Source: Diplonema japonicum
Taxonomy: Eukaryota; Protista; Euglenozoa: Diplonemea
Reading direction: 5' to 3'
Length of the DNA: 64,000 bases
Assembly (NCBI GenBank): GCA_964019335.1
Contig: OZ025730.1
Span: forward strand, 186,001 to 250,000
Shown here: positions 41,608 through 53,200 of the stretch, piece by piece
Layout: the number at the start of each line of letters is the position of its first letter
How positions within the stretch are numbered: position 1 is the stretch's first letter
Position numbers and translations under genes: made by a program
The notes under the pieces: generated by a model
Told to the model about the DNA's origin: nothing
Seen by the model: the letters and a program-made list of their open reading frames with translations, nothing else
Databases searched by the model: none

Positions 41608-44600
41608 CTAGTCATGCTGGGCGAGGCCCTTGATGACCTTGTAGAGGTTCAAACGTTCGTTGTTTTGCAGGGAGACGAGGTGAACGCGGTTGGAGTGCTC
41701 TGCCTCTTCTGTGAGGGAAAAAGAGAGTGTGTTGGAACGCGCGACCACGAGGGTAAGGTTGTGGATGAAGGTAGCAGAGAGGTACTCATAGGTTGTGTGC
41801 TCGTCTTCTCTAATATCCCTGCGGTCTGTGAGCTCCCCTAGGTGAAGCACTGCACAGGGATCGACATCATCACAGCTGCGCTGGCTGCTCTGTGAGCTGA
41901 ATGTGACATCTGAAGAGCCCCACGAGCCTGTTTCCATTCTGATCAGTACTTCGGTCTGCCCTATTTCGATGGCGTTCCTTGTGCTGACTTGTTCCTTTTC
42001 GTACTTATCTCTCCACAGCCCCTCCACGGCTATCATGACTTTCATAGCCACTGTCATATCTTGTTCTCCCCTCTCTCTTACTTCCCTCCCTTCCATGTGT
42101 CTCCTTAGCAGGTCTTCTGATTCTTCCACTTCCATCACGCGTAGGCTGTTCAGCCACTCCACCGCACAGTCTATCCACAGTGTGTTCCTTGCGTCCTGTT
42201 CTCTCCCGTGCATTGCTTCCCTCTCGTTGATGTGCGTCACGTCTCTGTCGTAATGGTTCATAACCCTTGCGAAATGCTCTTTTTCTTCCACTGCCAAGGC
42301 AGTTCTGCGCAAGATTTCAGTTTTGGCTTCTTCCAAATAAAGCAGCGCACGTTCTTGTATAGTTTCGTGCGCACCCCTGTGCCATGTCTCTTGAAGGCTG
42401 ACAGCAGAGCACAGGTCGCTGTCAGAAACGTGTGTCAAGGCATCCCGGTGGAGCCCTTCCTCAATGTCAAGCAAGTTTGTAACATACTGACGCTGTATGA
42501 GGGTTGCCCTGAAGGTATGGTGTATGACGAGCTTTTCCTCTGTAGCTTGGAAAACGACGAAAGCCCTGGAGGAGTGTTCTAACGCGGCCCATGACCGTCT
42601 TAAGAGGGAGTGGGCACAAACATTGTGCAGCATCTTTGAGACGCAGCACCTGGCGACAAACATGTTGCGATGAATATTAATTTTCATAACCGCCGTGTCT
42701 TCTATGATGCAGTCCAGCAGTTCGTGCCATTCCGTGACAACTGCCTTCCTGGCTTGGCTCTCTTTGATGCCCACAAACTCTGCCTCTTCCTGTCCCAGTA
42801 CCACGCTTCTGTGCATAGTTTCTTGTGACGTCATTATTTGTGTCAATGTGCTAAGATTTACCATTTGAACACCAAGTCTTGAAAGCGTCTCCTCTACTTC
42901 AGAACAAAGCTGCTGCAACATGCACCTAGAGACTCCTTCGCGTCTGTCTATCCATGCGAGGCAGCTTTCAAAACACGAGACGAGCCCTTCATTGGCAATA
43001 GAGCCTCTTTGGACCACCTCTTGCGCAGAAAGCTGTTGCATGTCAATCGAGAGACGTAGAAAGGCCTCATGAGCACCAACAACACGAAGCACTTGGCATG
43101 CTTCCAGCCGTAGTATACCCGCAGCGCCTTGTGCCCACATGTTGTTTAAGCTGCTTCTTAACAAGTGGCGCCACGCAAACAACTCGGTGAAACACACCTC
43201 CAGCCGTCTGATGTGCTCCAGGGGTTCAACAAACTTGTTCAAGCATGTCAGGTGGATGTGGATGATTTGCTGCCGTGCATTGGTCTCCCGCATGAAGAAC
43301 TCTTGCACTGACTCAGCGAGGTGGCACATAAGAGACTTTACCTGTACAACCTCAAGGAACATCTTGTTACGGGTGTCTTCGAATTCGACAAAGACAGTAT
43401 CAAGATGTAAGTGCAGAGCAGCTGCTTCACGTGCTGTGCATTCAGCATTCCATATGTCGGCCCTTGCAGAGTGGTATGCTAGCAAGCAGAAACACTGTTG
43501 CAAGTTTCTATCAATGCTCTCACGCGTAAAGGACTCTAGTACACCGACCAGCCGTAAAGCAGATGCATGGCAATTCGATGTGGCGCTCTCCCTATCGCGT
43601 CTCTCTTCAGCTTCAGTGGTATGCAACGTCCTAACAGTAGCAAAGGACAGCGCTGTGGTGCGTGAGGCTACTTGCCTTGTGCAAAGCTGCCAACGTGCTG
43701 CTGTCTCTGCCACTAGTAGACATGTCCTGTTCTCATCACAGATGGTTTCGAATTCTCCACGTTGCCTTACATCGATGATATCGTGAAGTTCCTTCTCGGC
43801 ACTGCACAAACTCTGCAAAGCGCATTGCTCGGCTGCTTCTACGATACATCTGGCACAACCCTCCACGCCCTCTGCCCACTGCTTATACAAATCCCGCTGT
43901 GCCATTGCCTGAGGGAACGCAACCTGCCACAAGACGTAGAGCTCGACGTGATGCAGCAGCTCGCCACTCTCGATCAGTTCTCGCCGGTGATCCTGTTGGC
44001 TGTTCAGTAGGCTGTTCCGCGACACAGCTTCACTGTACATGATGTGCGCTGATCCATTCCTCGTGCGCTTATAGATATACCTTGTGTTGTGTTCGCAGGA
44101 CACGACAGCTTCACGGACGCAGGCCTCCTTTTCAAGGAAGGTGTGCATGACAAACAGCATGTTTTGAAGGAAGTGACCTTCCCTCTCGAGGAGCGTGGCG
44201 TGCTCGTATTCCTCGGCTTGCAAAGAGGCGCGGGCCGTGTACTCCGAGAATGTCAGGGTTGTGCTGCTTGAGGCGAAACTTCTTTCAATAGAAGTGTTCC
44301 ACGAGACAACGGCTGCCATGCTAGCCGCACAGCACACGACGGAGGTGATCACACAATCCATCTCCGCAACAAAAGAGTCTAGTAACGTGCCCAGCATCTT
44401 GAAGGCTTCGTTGATGGTCACTTCTGCCCTTTGGCGGGCTCGCAGAAGTTCCAACCGCCCTCTCTCCTCCATTGCGATCAATGCCGACCTGACACTCCTA
44501 TCCCTTTGCGTCCGTTCTCTTAATGAACGCCTCTCATGCAGCAGCTCCACAGCTCCACGCTTCTCTTCGCTCTCAATCCGTACCATTCGTGCATGGTAGT

Positions 44601-46734
44601 CGCTCATGAGGTGCTGCACAATGCCGTCCATCAGTTCCTCGTGATCACTTAAAGATTCCTCTTGAGGTTCCACCTCCAGCACTTTTACGGGTTCTTTCAC
44701 AACGGGTACAAACTCTTCCTCCTCCTCCTCCTCCGATAACGCAGGAGACGGGGGCGACGAAACAGGGAGCAAGCGGATCCGTTGCAGTTCGTTGTAGAAG
44801 GCAACGCACGTCGCGGTGGTTTGCGCGCAGTCCGCCTCGAGGGCGTTTCTGTCTCTCGACTCTTCGATCGCCAATGCCCTCCTTGCACGGGAGTGGTGTG
44901 GGTCTGGGTCCAAAGACTTACACGAAGCATCGCTCTTGTCGGAGTCCCTCATCAGCCAGCTGGTCGGTGAGTTCATGATGTCGTCGTGCCGCTTGTGGTA
45001 CTTAGCTGACTCGACAGGTGACATGGGACGCGGGCTGCACCCATGTGTCGTTAAGACCCGCCCATGCAACGTGGGGCACCATTTGTGTACAAACTTTCCC
45101 TGAAGTCCTCCTGTGAAGCGGGTCGTGTCCAGCTTCATTATTTCCCTGCTGACAGGTCGACGGGCAGGCTTTGGCTTGATCGTCTCCGACTTGCTCTCCG
45201 GCTCAGCACCGCATTGTATTTCAACAGGACCACAAACTTGCGGTTGCTCTGCACTTTCCTCATCGGGAAAAACTGAATGTGCTCCTTCCACTGCGTCAGC
45301 AGGCACCACCTGAAGCCCGTCGCGGGGGGTTGGCTCTGAAGGAGTGCACTCGGAGGCAATTTGACACCAGGAGACGCTCCTCCACCACTTCTGTATTTTA
45401 ACAGCCATGTGAATGGGGCAAACTGATTGTTGTGCGGGAATATCAGAAATCGAAGTCTCCACAACAACCGGTTTTTGCTCGACCTGCTTGGACTCGGCCT
45501 CGGGGTGCACGTTGGCGTCCTCATCGTCCGAGGGGGGTGCAGGATGGCTGTCGAAGTTCATATTCCAGGAGAACACTTCGTGCATAACGAGGAACCCTCC
45601 TTTGCAGACAACAACCTGCGGCATGTGCCGCGAGGTGTCGTAGGCAGGGAAACACCTGTTGTACGTGAGGTGGGGCGGGGTCGGGATGGACATCACACGC
45701 TCAAAGAACATGAAACAATCCGTTACAACATGGCCGCGGGCGATGTCCTCCTCCAAGCAAACAGACCCTACAGCAGCATAAGAGACAACATAATGCTTTG
45801 CGGAGTTAGTGGAGTGAAGGATGGGCTTGTCGGTCAGCTCAACGGAACGAGCGCTGCCGGGAGAGGCAAGGTTGGGGTCATCGAGCACCGACTCATGATC
45901 GTGAACTGGCTTGAACAGTCTGTGTGATGTAACCATTGCAATGCGCAGCCTGTCGGGGTAGGTGGAACCTTTCCAGTCAGGACACGTGCGACATTTTTTG
46001 ATAACCTCGTTGGGAAGCATGCCGAGGTGCTTCTTCGAGGACGAAGGGGTGCCACCACCGCCATGCCGCCACCATGTTGAGATTTTATTAACCGCAGCAG
46101 TGCGTTGCAGATTGGAAGGGTCGAAGGGCGGCTGTTTGGATTTAGAATCGTTGCTGAAGACCTCAAAGGCCTTGCAAGACTGATTGATCTTCAAGACAGA
46201 TGTAATATTACTCCGCCAACGACGGCGGGCGGCTGCTTCTTCATTAACTTTTGACTGGGTTATGACATGCCGTTTGAATAAAGCTTTTAAGGCGTCCTCA
46301 TTAGCATGGGCTCCTCCGTGGCTGTCGCCCAAGGATGTCATTGACATGGAGGGTGTTCGCGGGCGAGGGATGTCAAGGCTTCCGTCGGCAAGTAGAGGGA
46401 ATGCGTTGTCGGCGTTGGAACGCAACTTTTCCAACAATTTTGCGTCGTGTTTTAGTATCTCTTGTTCGTTGGGTAGCTGGGCAGATTTGGTGCATGCTAC
46501 CGCGGCTTCGTGCATCTGAGATGCCTTCTCTATCATCTCTTTGCCCACCAATGTCGCCAGTTGTATCTGAGATTTGAACCCTTCCCATTTCATGAAAGCC
46601 GACAGGCTGCTGTCAACATAGCTTTTCGCGTGATCGCGCCTGGCACTGGCCTTTGTCTTCCGTCTGGGTGAGTAGCACGCTTGCTTTTTCGTCACTCTCG
46701 GCGAGGTTATGTTTTGCTTCTTGATCACAGGCAT
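41608..46734 (-). CDS. Large hypothetical protein (1708 aa) with IQ-like motifs and degenerate helical E...R repeats
   Basis: Uninterrupted 5.1-kb ORF; AVNKISTWWR and AVKIQKWWR; C-terminal half has recurring ExxxR motifs. Confidence 0.8.
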   Translation of the reverse strand: MPVIKKQNITSPRVTKKQACYSPRRKTKASARRDHAKSYVDSSLSAFMKWEGFKSQIQLATLVGKEMIEKASQMHEAAVACTKSAQLPNEQEILKHDAKLLEKLRSNADNAFPLLADGSLDIPRPRTPSMSMTSLGDSHGGAHANEDALKALFKRHVITQSKVNEEAAARRRWRSNITSVLKINQSCKAFEVFSNDSKSKQPPFDPSNLQRTAAVNKISTWWRHGGGGTPSSSKKHLGMLPNEVIKKCRTCPDWKGSTYPDRLRIAMVTSHRLFKPVHDHESVLDDPNLASPGSARSVELTDKPILHSTNSAKHYVVSYAAVGSVCLEEDIARGHVVTDCFMFFERVMSIPTPPHLTYNRCFPAYDTSRHMPQVVVCKGGFLVMHEVFSWNMNFDSHPAPPSDDEDANVHPEAESKQVEQKPVVVETSISDIPAQQSVCPIHMAVKIQKWWRSVSWCQIASECTPSEPTPRDGLQVVPADAVEGAHSVFPDEESAEQPQVCGPVEIQCGAEPESKSETIKPKPARRPVSREIMKLDTTRFTGGLQGKFVHKWCPTLHGRVLTTHGCSPRPMSPVESAKYHKRHDDIMNSPTSWLMRDSDKSDASCKSLDPDPHHSRARRALAIEESRDRNALEADCAQTTATCVAFYNELQRIRLLPVSSPPSPALSEEEEEEEFVPVVKEPVKVLEVEPQEESLSDHEELMDGIVQHLMSDYHARMVRIESEEKRGAVELLHERRSLRERTQRDRSVRSALIAMEERGRLELLRARQRAEVTINEAFKMLGTLLDSFVAEMDCVITSVVCCAASMAAVVSWNTSIERSFASSSTTLTFSEYTARASLQAEEYEHATLLEREGHFLQNMLFVMHTFLEKEACVREAVVSCEHNTRYIYKRTRNGSAHIMYSEAVSRNSLLNSQQDHRRELIESGELLHHVELYVLWQVAFPQAMAQRDLYKQWAEGVEGCARCIVEAAEQCALQSLCSAEKELHDIIDVRQRGEFETICDENRTCLLVAETAARWQLCTRQVASRTTALSFATVRTLHTTEAEERRDRESATSNCHASALRLVGVLESFTRESIDRNLQQCFCLLAYHSARADIWNAECTAREAAALHLHLDTVFVEFEDTRNKMFLEVVQVKSLMCHLAESVQEFFMRETNARQQIIHIHLTCLNKFVEPLEHIRRLEVCFTELFAWRHLLRSSLNNMWAQGAAGILRLEACQVLRVVGAHEAFLRLSIDMQQLSAQEVVQRGSIANEGLVSCFESCLAWIDRREGVSRCMLQQLCSEVEETLSRLGVQMVNLSTLTQIMTSQETMHRSVVLGQEEAEFVGIKESQARKAVVTEWHELLDCIIEDTAVMKINIHRNMFVARCCVSKMLHNVCAHSLLRRSWAALEHSSRAFVVFQATEEKLVIHHTFRATLIQRQYVTNLLDIEEGLHRDALTHVSDSDLCSAVSLQETWHRGAHETIQERALLYLEEAKTEILRRTALAVEEKEHFARVMNHYDRDVTHINEREAMHGREQDARNTLWIDCAVEWLNSLRVMEVEESEDLLRRHMEGREVRERGEQDMTVAMKVMIAVEGLWRDKYEKEQVSTRNAIEIGQTEVLIRMETGSWGSSDVTFSSQSSQRSCDDVDPCAVLHLGELTDRRDIREDEHTTYEYLSATFIHNLTLVVARSNTLSFSLTEEAEHSNRVHLVSLQNNERLNLYKVIKGLAQHD

Positions 46735-46896
46735 AGGGAAGGGGGCTCACCCTGTGGAATCGTGATATTATTTCTTGTTTTTTTTTTTTTTATTTTATTT
46801 TGTCAATAAAAGAAAATACGGGGAAACTCACTTTGATGTTACCAAAGAATTACACTGGCACAAGATGCTTTTCTCTCTCTTTTTTTTTTTAAAATA

Positions 46897-47387
46897 TCAA
46901 TCCAACTCAGCAGATGTTGGTTTCAATTCGTGTTGTTGTTGTTCTTGTTCTTCTTGGGGTTCCCGTGGTTTTTCTTCGACTGGCTTTGATTTTTCAATCT
47001 CAATTTTTGCAATCTGCCTCCCGGGGATGATCACCGACCGATGGTGGTTGGTGCGTGTGACCGTCTGCTCCTCACCAGAAGCCTTTTTGATTTTCTGTGG
47101 ATATTGTGGATTTTTCTTTTTAAAAAAAGAGGGAAAAAAGAAAATGTTACCTTTTCGATTTTCTCGACTGCCTCGTGCAAAATCAAATTCCCTCCCCCAT
47201 CTATGCAGATTGCCACTCCTATTAAGGTCCTGTCATCAGGCAATGTCACACGTATCAACCTGTTCAACCATTTCGACACCACGGCCTCCGCCCCCTTTTG
47301 CGTTGGCGTTGCCTCTCTGATCACCATCTCTGGGTTCACATACGACTGCTTGACGGCTGCAGCGGGCGGTGTTGACGACACCTCCAT
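46897..47387 (-). CDS. NAA38: Sm/LSm-fold protein, NatC auxiliary subunit-like; intron 47095-47150
   Basis: Sm1 WLNRLIRVTLPDDRTLIG...CIDGGGNLIL. Removing the 56-nt GTAACA...CACAG intron yields Sm2 SVIIPGRQIAKIEI and a stop at 46897. Confidence 0.78.
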
Positions 47388-47491
47388 TTTCTTTCCCCTC
47401 TTTCCTGAAGCCGGCTTATAGGGGTTTAGAACAACAATAAACAAAAGAAAAAAAAAAAACTCAAATAACCAGTACTTTGCGAAAAAAAAAA

Positions 47492-48508
47492 TTATTTTTT
47501 CAACCTCCCAAGGGCTTTCCAGGGTTTTTCGGCGGTGCTCCTCGCAGTGGCGAGGGTATATTTATGTAATAGTTTCAAATGCGATGCGAGAGCTGCAATG
47601 GGCGTCAACGTCGAGTCCGAATAAGCACACGCAGGGCACGTGATCTTCTCATACAGTGCCTTCTCCGCGGTGCTGGGAATAGTGGCGGGGTCCAACGCGT
47701 GGATAGAGGAAAGGTGCGAGTGAAGACTTTGCAAATCCGTGCGAGAAAATGAAAGACAGCAACCAGTTTGCGCGGACACCGGGCAAAGTATAGTAGGTTC
47801 TGTATAGACAGGAGGTGGTGGAGGTGGCTTCTTCACCTTTGCTGCACTTGCGGCAGGCGGTGCAACAGCTCGTCTCGTCCTCATCGTCGATATACTATGC
47901 CTGTACCCACCGTAAGCATCCACATCTACAATATCACCTGTAGTCTTGCTGCCTGCGTTCTGCTGCGGTGGAGTGTTTGAGACTGATACACCTGATTCTA
48001 TTTTGCTGATGGGAACGACTGTGATTTCAAAATCGTTTTTCGCTTGGCTTGGAACGGGCAATGCGGCAGGCCGTTTTGCGGCGGGTGCTGAAAAATTAGT
48101 TGTGCTGTTGCTGCTGGGGCGTTTTACCGGTTTTCTCGCCGCGCGTACTGTGTGTTGTTTCTTTTGGTGGTTTTTCGGGATTGAGAATCCCGGAATGTCA
48201 GTGAGCACTAATGGGACCATGTTGCAGTGGCCGTGAGGGTGGTATACAAGCGGTGCTTCACTGAAGATATCTGATTGTTTGAAGAATCCTCCAGGTTCCT
48301 GTCCTTGTCCTCCCCTTGCCGCTGTTTTGTAAGATTGTATCAAAGCGTTTTCCCATTCCGTGGCCCCCGCCCTACCTTCCACTCCCTCAGGGCCTGTCGC
48401 TCCCAATGTTTTCGCTACCGATTGGATCCTTTCCCATTCTGGTAAGACCTCCCATTGTTCCATGTCAACGTCGCTGCTTTGACTGTCTCCCCAACCGAGG
48501 GTTCCCAT
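47492..48508 (-). CDS. Protein with two C-terminal C2H2-like zinc fingers
   Basis: 338 aa; CP...C...LHSHLSSIH and CPAC...LASHLKLLH. Confidence 0.75.
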   Translation of the reverse strand: MGTLGWGDSQSSDVDMEQWEVLPEWERIQSVAKTLGATGPEGVEGRAGATEWENALIQSYKTAARGGQGQEPGGFFKQSDIFSEAPLVYHPHGHCNMVPLVLTDIPGFSIPKNHQKKQHTVRAARKPVKRPSSNSTTNFSAPAAKRPAALPVPSQAKNDFEITVVPISKIESGVSVSNTPPQQNAGSKTTGDIVDVDAYGGYRHSISTMRTRRAVAPPAASAAKVKKPPPPPPVYTEPTILCPVSAQTGCCLSFSRTDLQSLHSHLSSIHALDPATIPSTAEKALYEKITCPACAYSDSTLTPIAALASHLKLLHKYTLATARSTAEKPWKALGRLKK

Positions 48509-49818
48509 TTTTTTTTTTTTTTTCCCTAATTTTTTTTTTTTTTCCTAATTTTTTTTTTTTTTCCTAATTTTTTTTTCTTCCCGAGGGGTTTTGCTCTGCA
48601 GGGAGATAGTTAAAAATCTTAAGGGCTTCGATTTGAAGAGCAACTAGCGAATGCACCAAGCAGGTCTTTTCCAGCATATAGCCTGTACGTGAACTCATGG
48701 AACAGGAGAACGGCGACGTTGGAACTGTCAAGGACGGGGTCTGGATCAAAAAGAATTTTTTAAAAAAATAAAAAAAGACGAATTTGAAGGTTATAAAGGA
48801 TACCCGGTAAAGAACACCCGGGGGGAATGGGAAGGATGGAAAAAAAAGAGCGGGGGAAAAAAAGAATTTTTTTTTTGAGTACAACTAACAAACAGAAAAG
48901 AAGACAGATTCCTTTTTTTTTTTTTTTTTTTATTGCGGGAAGAAAAGAGGCAGGAAAAAAGAGAGATTTAATTTTGCGTGTGTTCTTTCTCTCTCTCTTT
49001 TTTTTTTTTTTTTTTTTATTGTTTCACATAAATATACCCCCTTGAGTAAACAGGGAGAATTTTCATGGGGACAGGGACGGGAAGGGGGAGGGGATGGGAG
49101 GATGAGGGAGGTTTTTTTTCCTTCTTCTTTTTATGTCTCGTTCTTGGCACAGACTGCTTTTAATTTATTTTTCTTTCCTTCTTTTGACAGGGAACAGGAA
49201 TACCATTGGGGGGGGGGGGGGGATAAACACCTATTAACAAAATGGAGGAAACGATGGGGTATGGGTGAGTTTTATGGTTTTCTTTTTTTTTTCTTTTTCT
49301 AAAAATACTTCAAAGCTGATTACATGTTGCATTCATTCCCTCATTCCCGCCATTTCTTTTCGACAAATAGCAATTTTCTGTCACTCTAACACGGGGGATG
49401 TACAAAAGGATAAACAGCTAATAAAAAAAAAAAATCGACTGCACGGTATCTTGTCTTTCAGTTCGTTTAAAATGGCCCTTGCGTCCCTTACTTTTCTTTT
49501 TTTTTTATTAAAAGAAATAGTGGGAGCACACAGTGCTCATTCCCAGATAACGGGAGAAAAGAGAGTGGGAGGGGAGGGGGGGAAGAAGAAGAAGAAAGAA
49601 TAGGGGGGGGGGGGGGGAAATACTAAAAAAACCCCCCTGTTCGCGAGCGATGGAAGAAAAAAAAAAAAGATGGGTAGAAGAAGAAAAAAAAAACCCCCCC
49701 TTCATGATTTTTTCTTCTTTTTTTTGTTTTCTTCCAACTAGCGCAAGTGAGAATTTCTTTTTCTTGCGTTTCACCCCTCCTACCTCTTCTTCCCCCTATT
49801 TCCCTTGCAGTCTCTCTT

Positions 49819-49851
<33 letters not shown>

Positions 49852-50254
49852 TTTGTAATAATAATCGTAAGGGTGATGGTGGGGTGGGGAGGAGAAGAAA
49901 CCAAAGCAACATCCCGCAGAAAAACTAAAAGAACCGGCTTCGATTTATTTATTTTTCTCCCCCCTTTTTTTCTTTTTTCCTTTCTCGCAATAAATAACAA
50001 TTTCATTTACAGCCAGCTGCCAAGACACTGTGTTTGCGGCGATTCAGAAAATAAAAGGGTGGGGGAACAAATTCCAATTTATATACTCATGAAATGTTAC
50101 ATGAAGCAAATTCTTACCCAGACCGGGGGTCCCCTGTACGCATCCTTGACGACACACCACACCACACACACAACCCCCAATCTCCATATATAATATATAA
50201 TATGTTATTCTATTTTGTTCTTCCTTTTTTTTTTTTTTTCCCCACACATAAACT

Positions 50255-53200
50255 CTATAAAACTAACGGCTGGTAAGATGAGTGGTTCCCAGCATAGGAA
50301 GGGTTGGTAATGTAAGGAGAAGAGAAGGAGACAGGATGTCCAGGTGGCGCGGCTGGGGACGGGTTCACGGAAGGTCGAGCTGAGATGTACCTTGGTGTGG
50401 CATACGTCCGCACGAACGGCGTTGGCTTGGACTGGTAAGAAACAGGGAGCGGGGGGGAATGGAAGGAAGACGCTGCTGTAGGACGGGGTTGCGATGCAGC
50501 GGTGGACACAGGTTGCTGCTTGCTAGGGTTGGTCAACCCAAACGCCCCGAACAAAAACGACTGTGCCACCTTATGCGCCTCGCTCCCCCATTCCGGCGGG
50601 CTTCCCTTCAAGGTGGCACTACTCTTCATAGGGCTATCATTGGCATGGATCTGCTTTGTGACGACTGTCACAGTTTTAAGACCTTTACCCTTCGCTTGGT
50701 TGAACCCACGTTGCATGTCAGCAGCGCTGGTGACAGGAACACCATCAACAGTAGTGATGATGTCACCTGAGCGAATACCAGCTTCTTTACAAGGCCCTTC
50801 TACTGCTACTGCATAGACACCTAGATCCTGGTTGGTATCGTAGTCCAACCCGACTGCGCCTTTTGTCAGACTGACCTCGTGGATTATTTGGTTTCCAGAT
50901 CTTGACCCGTACTCCAAGCCTTTGTTGAAGTGGTCGCGGAGTTCCCATCTCCTGTGCCGTTCGTTGTCGGGAAGATGTGGGGAGTCGGAGTACTGTGAAG
51001 GGGGCTCAGGAATGTCGCCTTTTTCTAAAGCGTCGAAGTTCTTTCTTATCTGTTGTTCTCGTTCCTCGTGGAGGAGGCCTTGGTACTCGGCTTGATTGCC
51101 GCCTAGAGCAGCGATTACCTCGTTGAACTGGATGTACTCTTTGCCGCCGGCTGCGAGGAATATTTGATCGGTTTCATGGTCGCTTGGTGTGTACCCAAAC
51201 GCGGAGTTCATGAACTTTTTGAAGTGTTTCTTGTCCATGGTGCCCGAGTTGGTCTTGTCGTACCGCTGGAACTCTTTTGCTAGCTTTATTTTTTCCTCCC
51301 TGTCGAGGCCTTTCAACATGGACACGGACCGGTTCCCTTGGACCTCCCGTGACGCGTCGTACCCAGGCGCGCTTGGTTTGTTCACGTTGGACATTTTTGC
51401 AGCGCTGTCGTTGCCGGCGGCGATGCTTTGCTTGCGGACCTTTTCGTCGCCTTTTTCTTTGAGCTCCTTTTCCATCCCGCGGAGCGCGTAACAGAGCATG
51501 AAGTTGAAGACAATTCCAATGAGCAGGCACACACCGACAACAATGGAGTAGCTGAACACCCGCGGGAAATACTCTTCAATTTTCTCCTGAATAGAAATCT
51601 TGCACGCGTCCGAGTACTTCGCGTTCGTTGCCTCACAGTTGTCAGGACAGTGCAGGGTCGAGGTCAGCCGTTGACAGTTTTCTTCGTACCCGCTGCACGA
51701 CAGCATTTTTTCTATCGCGCAGGCGCGGCTTGGGTAGTCGGTCACAATGTCCTCCCACAGATCTTTGAGGAATGTCGACGCAGAGTGGCTGTCATCTCCA
51801 ACAGAATCGGAAAACCACTTCGAAAAGTACGCGATGGTGATGGTCGCCCCAAGACACAGTATCAACACAACCCCGTTCACACCCAACAAATACTTGCTTC
51901 GGTACCATGCTGCCCAGAAGCCTAAGAACGCGATGATGTAAAGAACCAACGCTGTGATCCCACCTGGTACAAGCAGCCATTTCCCCAAACCGTCGAACTG
52001 TGTGTATAAGTACAGCGCGACCCCCAAGGTCGCCATCGACATGATCATGATGACCACTGCTGTCCCCATCATGATGTTGCGGATGACAACGTACTTCTTC
52101 TTGAAGTTGACTTTGAAGATGGGGCGGACTTTTCCGTTCATTTTGTGCCGCCATCTGGTCCATGCTTTGCACCAAAGCATCAGGGCGGAGACACCAGCAC
52201 CGATGCCGAGGTACAGGACGTACGATTCATACTTTTCTAATGAATCGGTGGCCGCGTCGGCGCCGGTGCTTTCATGAGAGGTTGTGGAGAAGTTTAAGGT
52301 GCAGTTTCCTCCTGGTTTGCACTCTGCCACATAACCTGTATCAGGCGTCACGGGAGCTTGGAAGAACGACACACCACCACGGCATTCTGGCAGCGATTCA
52401 TCAGTACAGTAACACTTCCATCGTGACAGTGATCCTGTCGAGTTGTTTATTGCGGGCACTACTTTGATTGTGAAATCCCTGGTTTGGGTCATCGCTGGTA
52501 CCCTGCGGTCTTGTAAAACCCAGTCGGTAAGATCAGTAACGGTAGCGGTGATGATGTTGTCGCCGATGCCCAGCGAACCCGCCGTGATTTCTATCGATGC
52601 ACCGCAGGTACCCTGTGTGCACAATGCGGTTGAACCCTTCGCCCACGACACACCGAAGTTTCCTTTCGACAACAGTTTTGCGTTCAAATGCAGTACTATA
52701 CTCTGCCCTGTGGCGAGGTGTACTATTTCATCTGGTAGCGGACACGACGGCCACATCAGTGACATTGTGCTTGCGTACATTTCAAGCGTCACTGCTTCTC
52801 TACACACAGGGCACATCCTACCGTCGGTTAGCTTTCCCATCAAACAGTTTGTGGAGGGTTTCTTGTAGTTGGAGTACCCGCACGGGGTGACGGGGTTTGC
52901 AAGCATGTTAAGGGACGTGTCAGTTGTTGATTTGTCTATCCAGCCCTGCCAAGGGATGGTTGTTGATTGTGGTGAAACGCAATTTTTCAAAGCTACGATC
53001 GACGGCTCGGTGATCTGCATGTCGTACTCATCGAAGAGGTCGCCCCATGCATGGCCCAGCTCGTGGAACAGAAGCGAGGCAAATTTTTGTTTTTGCGTTG
53101 CGTCGTTAAAGTCGAACCCGTTGTAAAAACACCCGATTTTTGCGCTGGGTGAGTATAAACCACCGCCGCCGTATTGGTTGTCATTGACAAGAACTGCAAT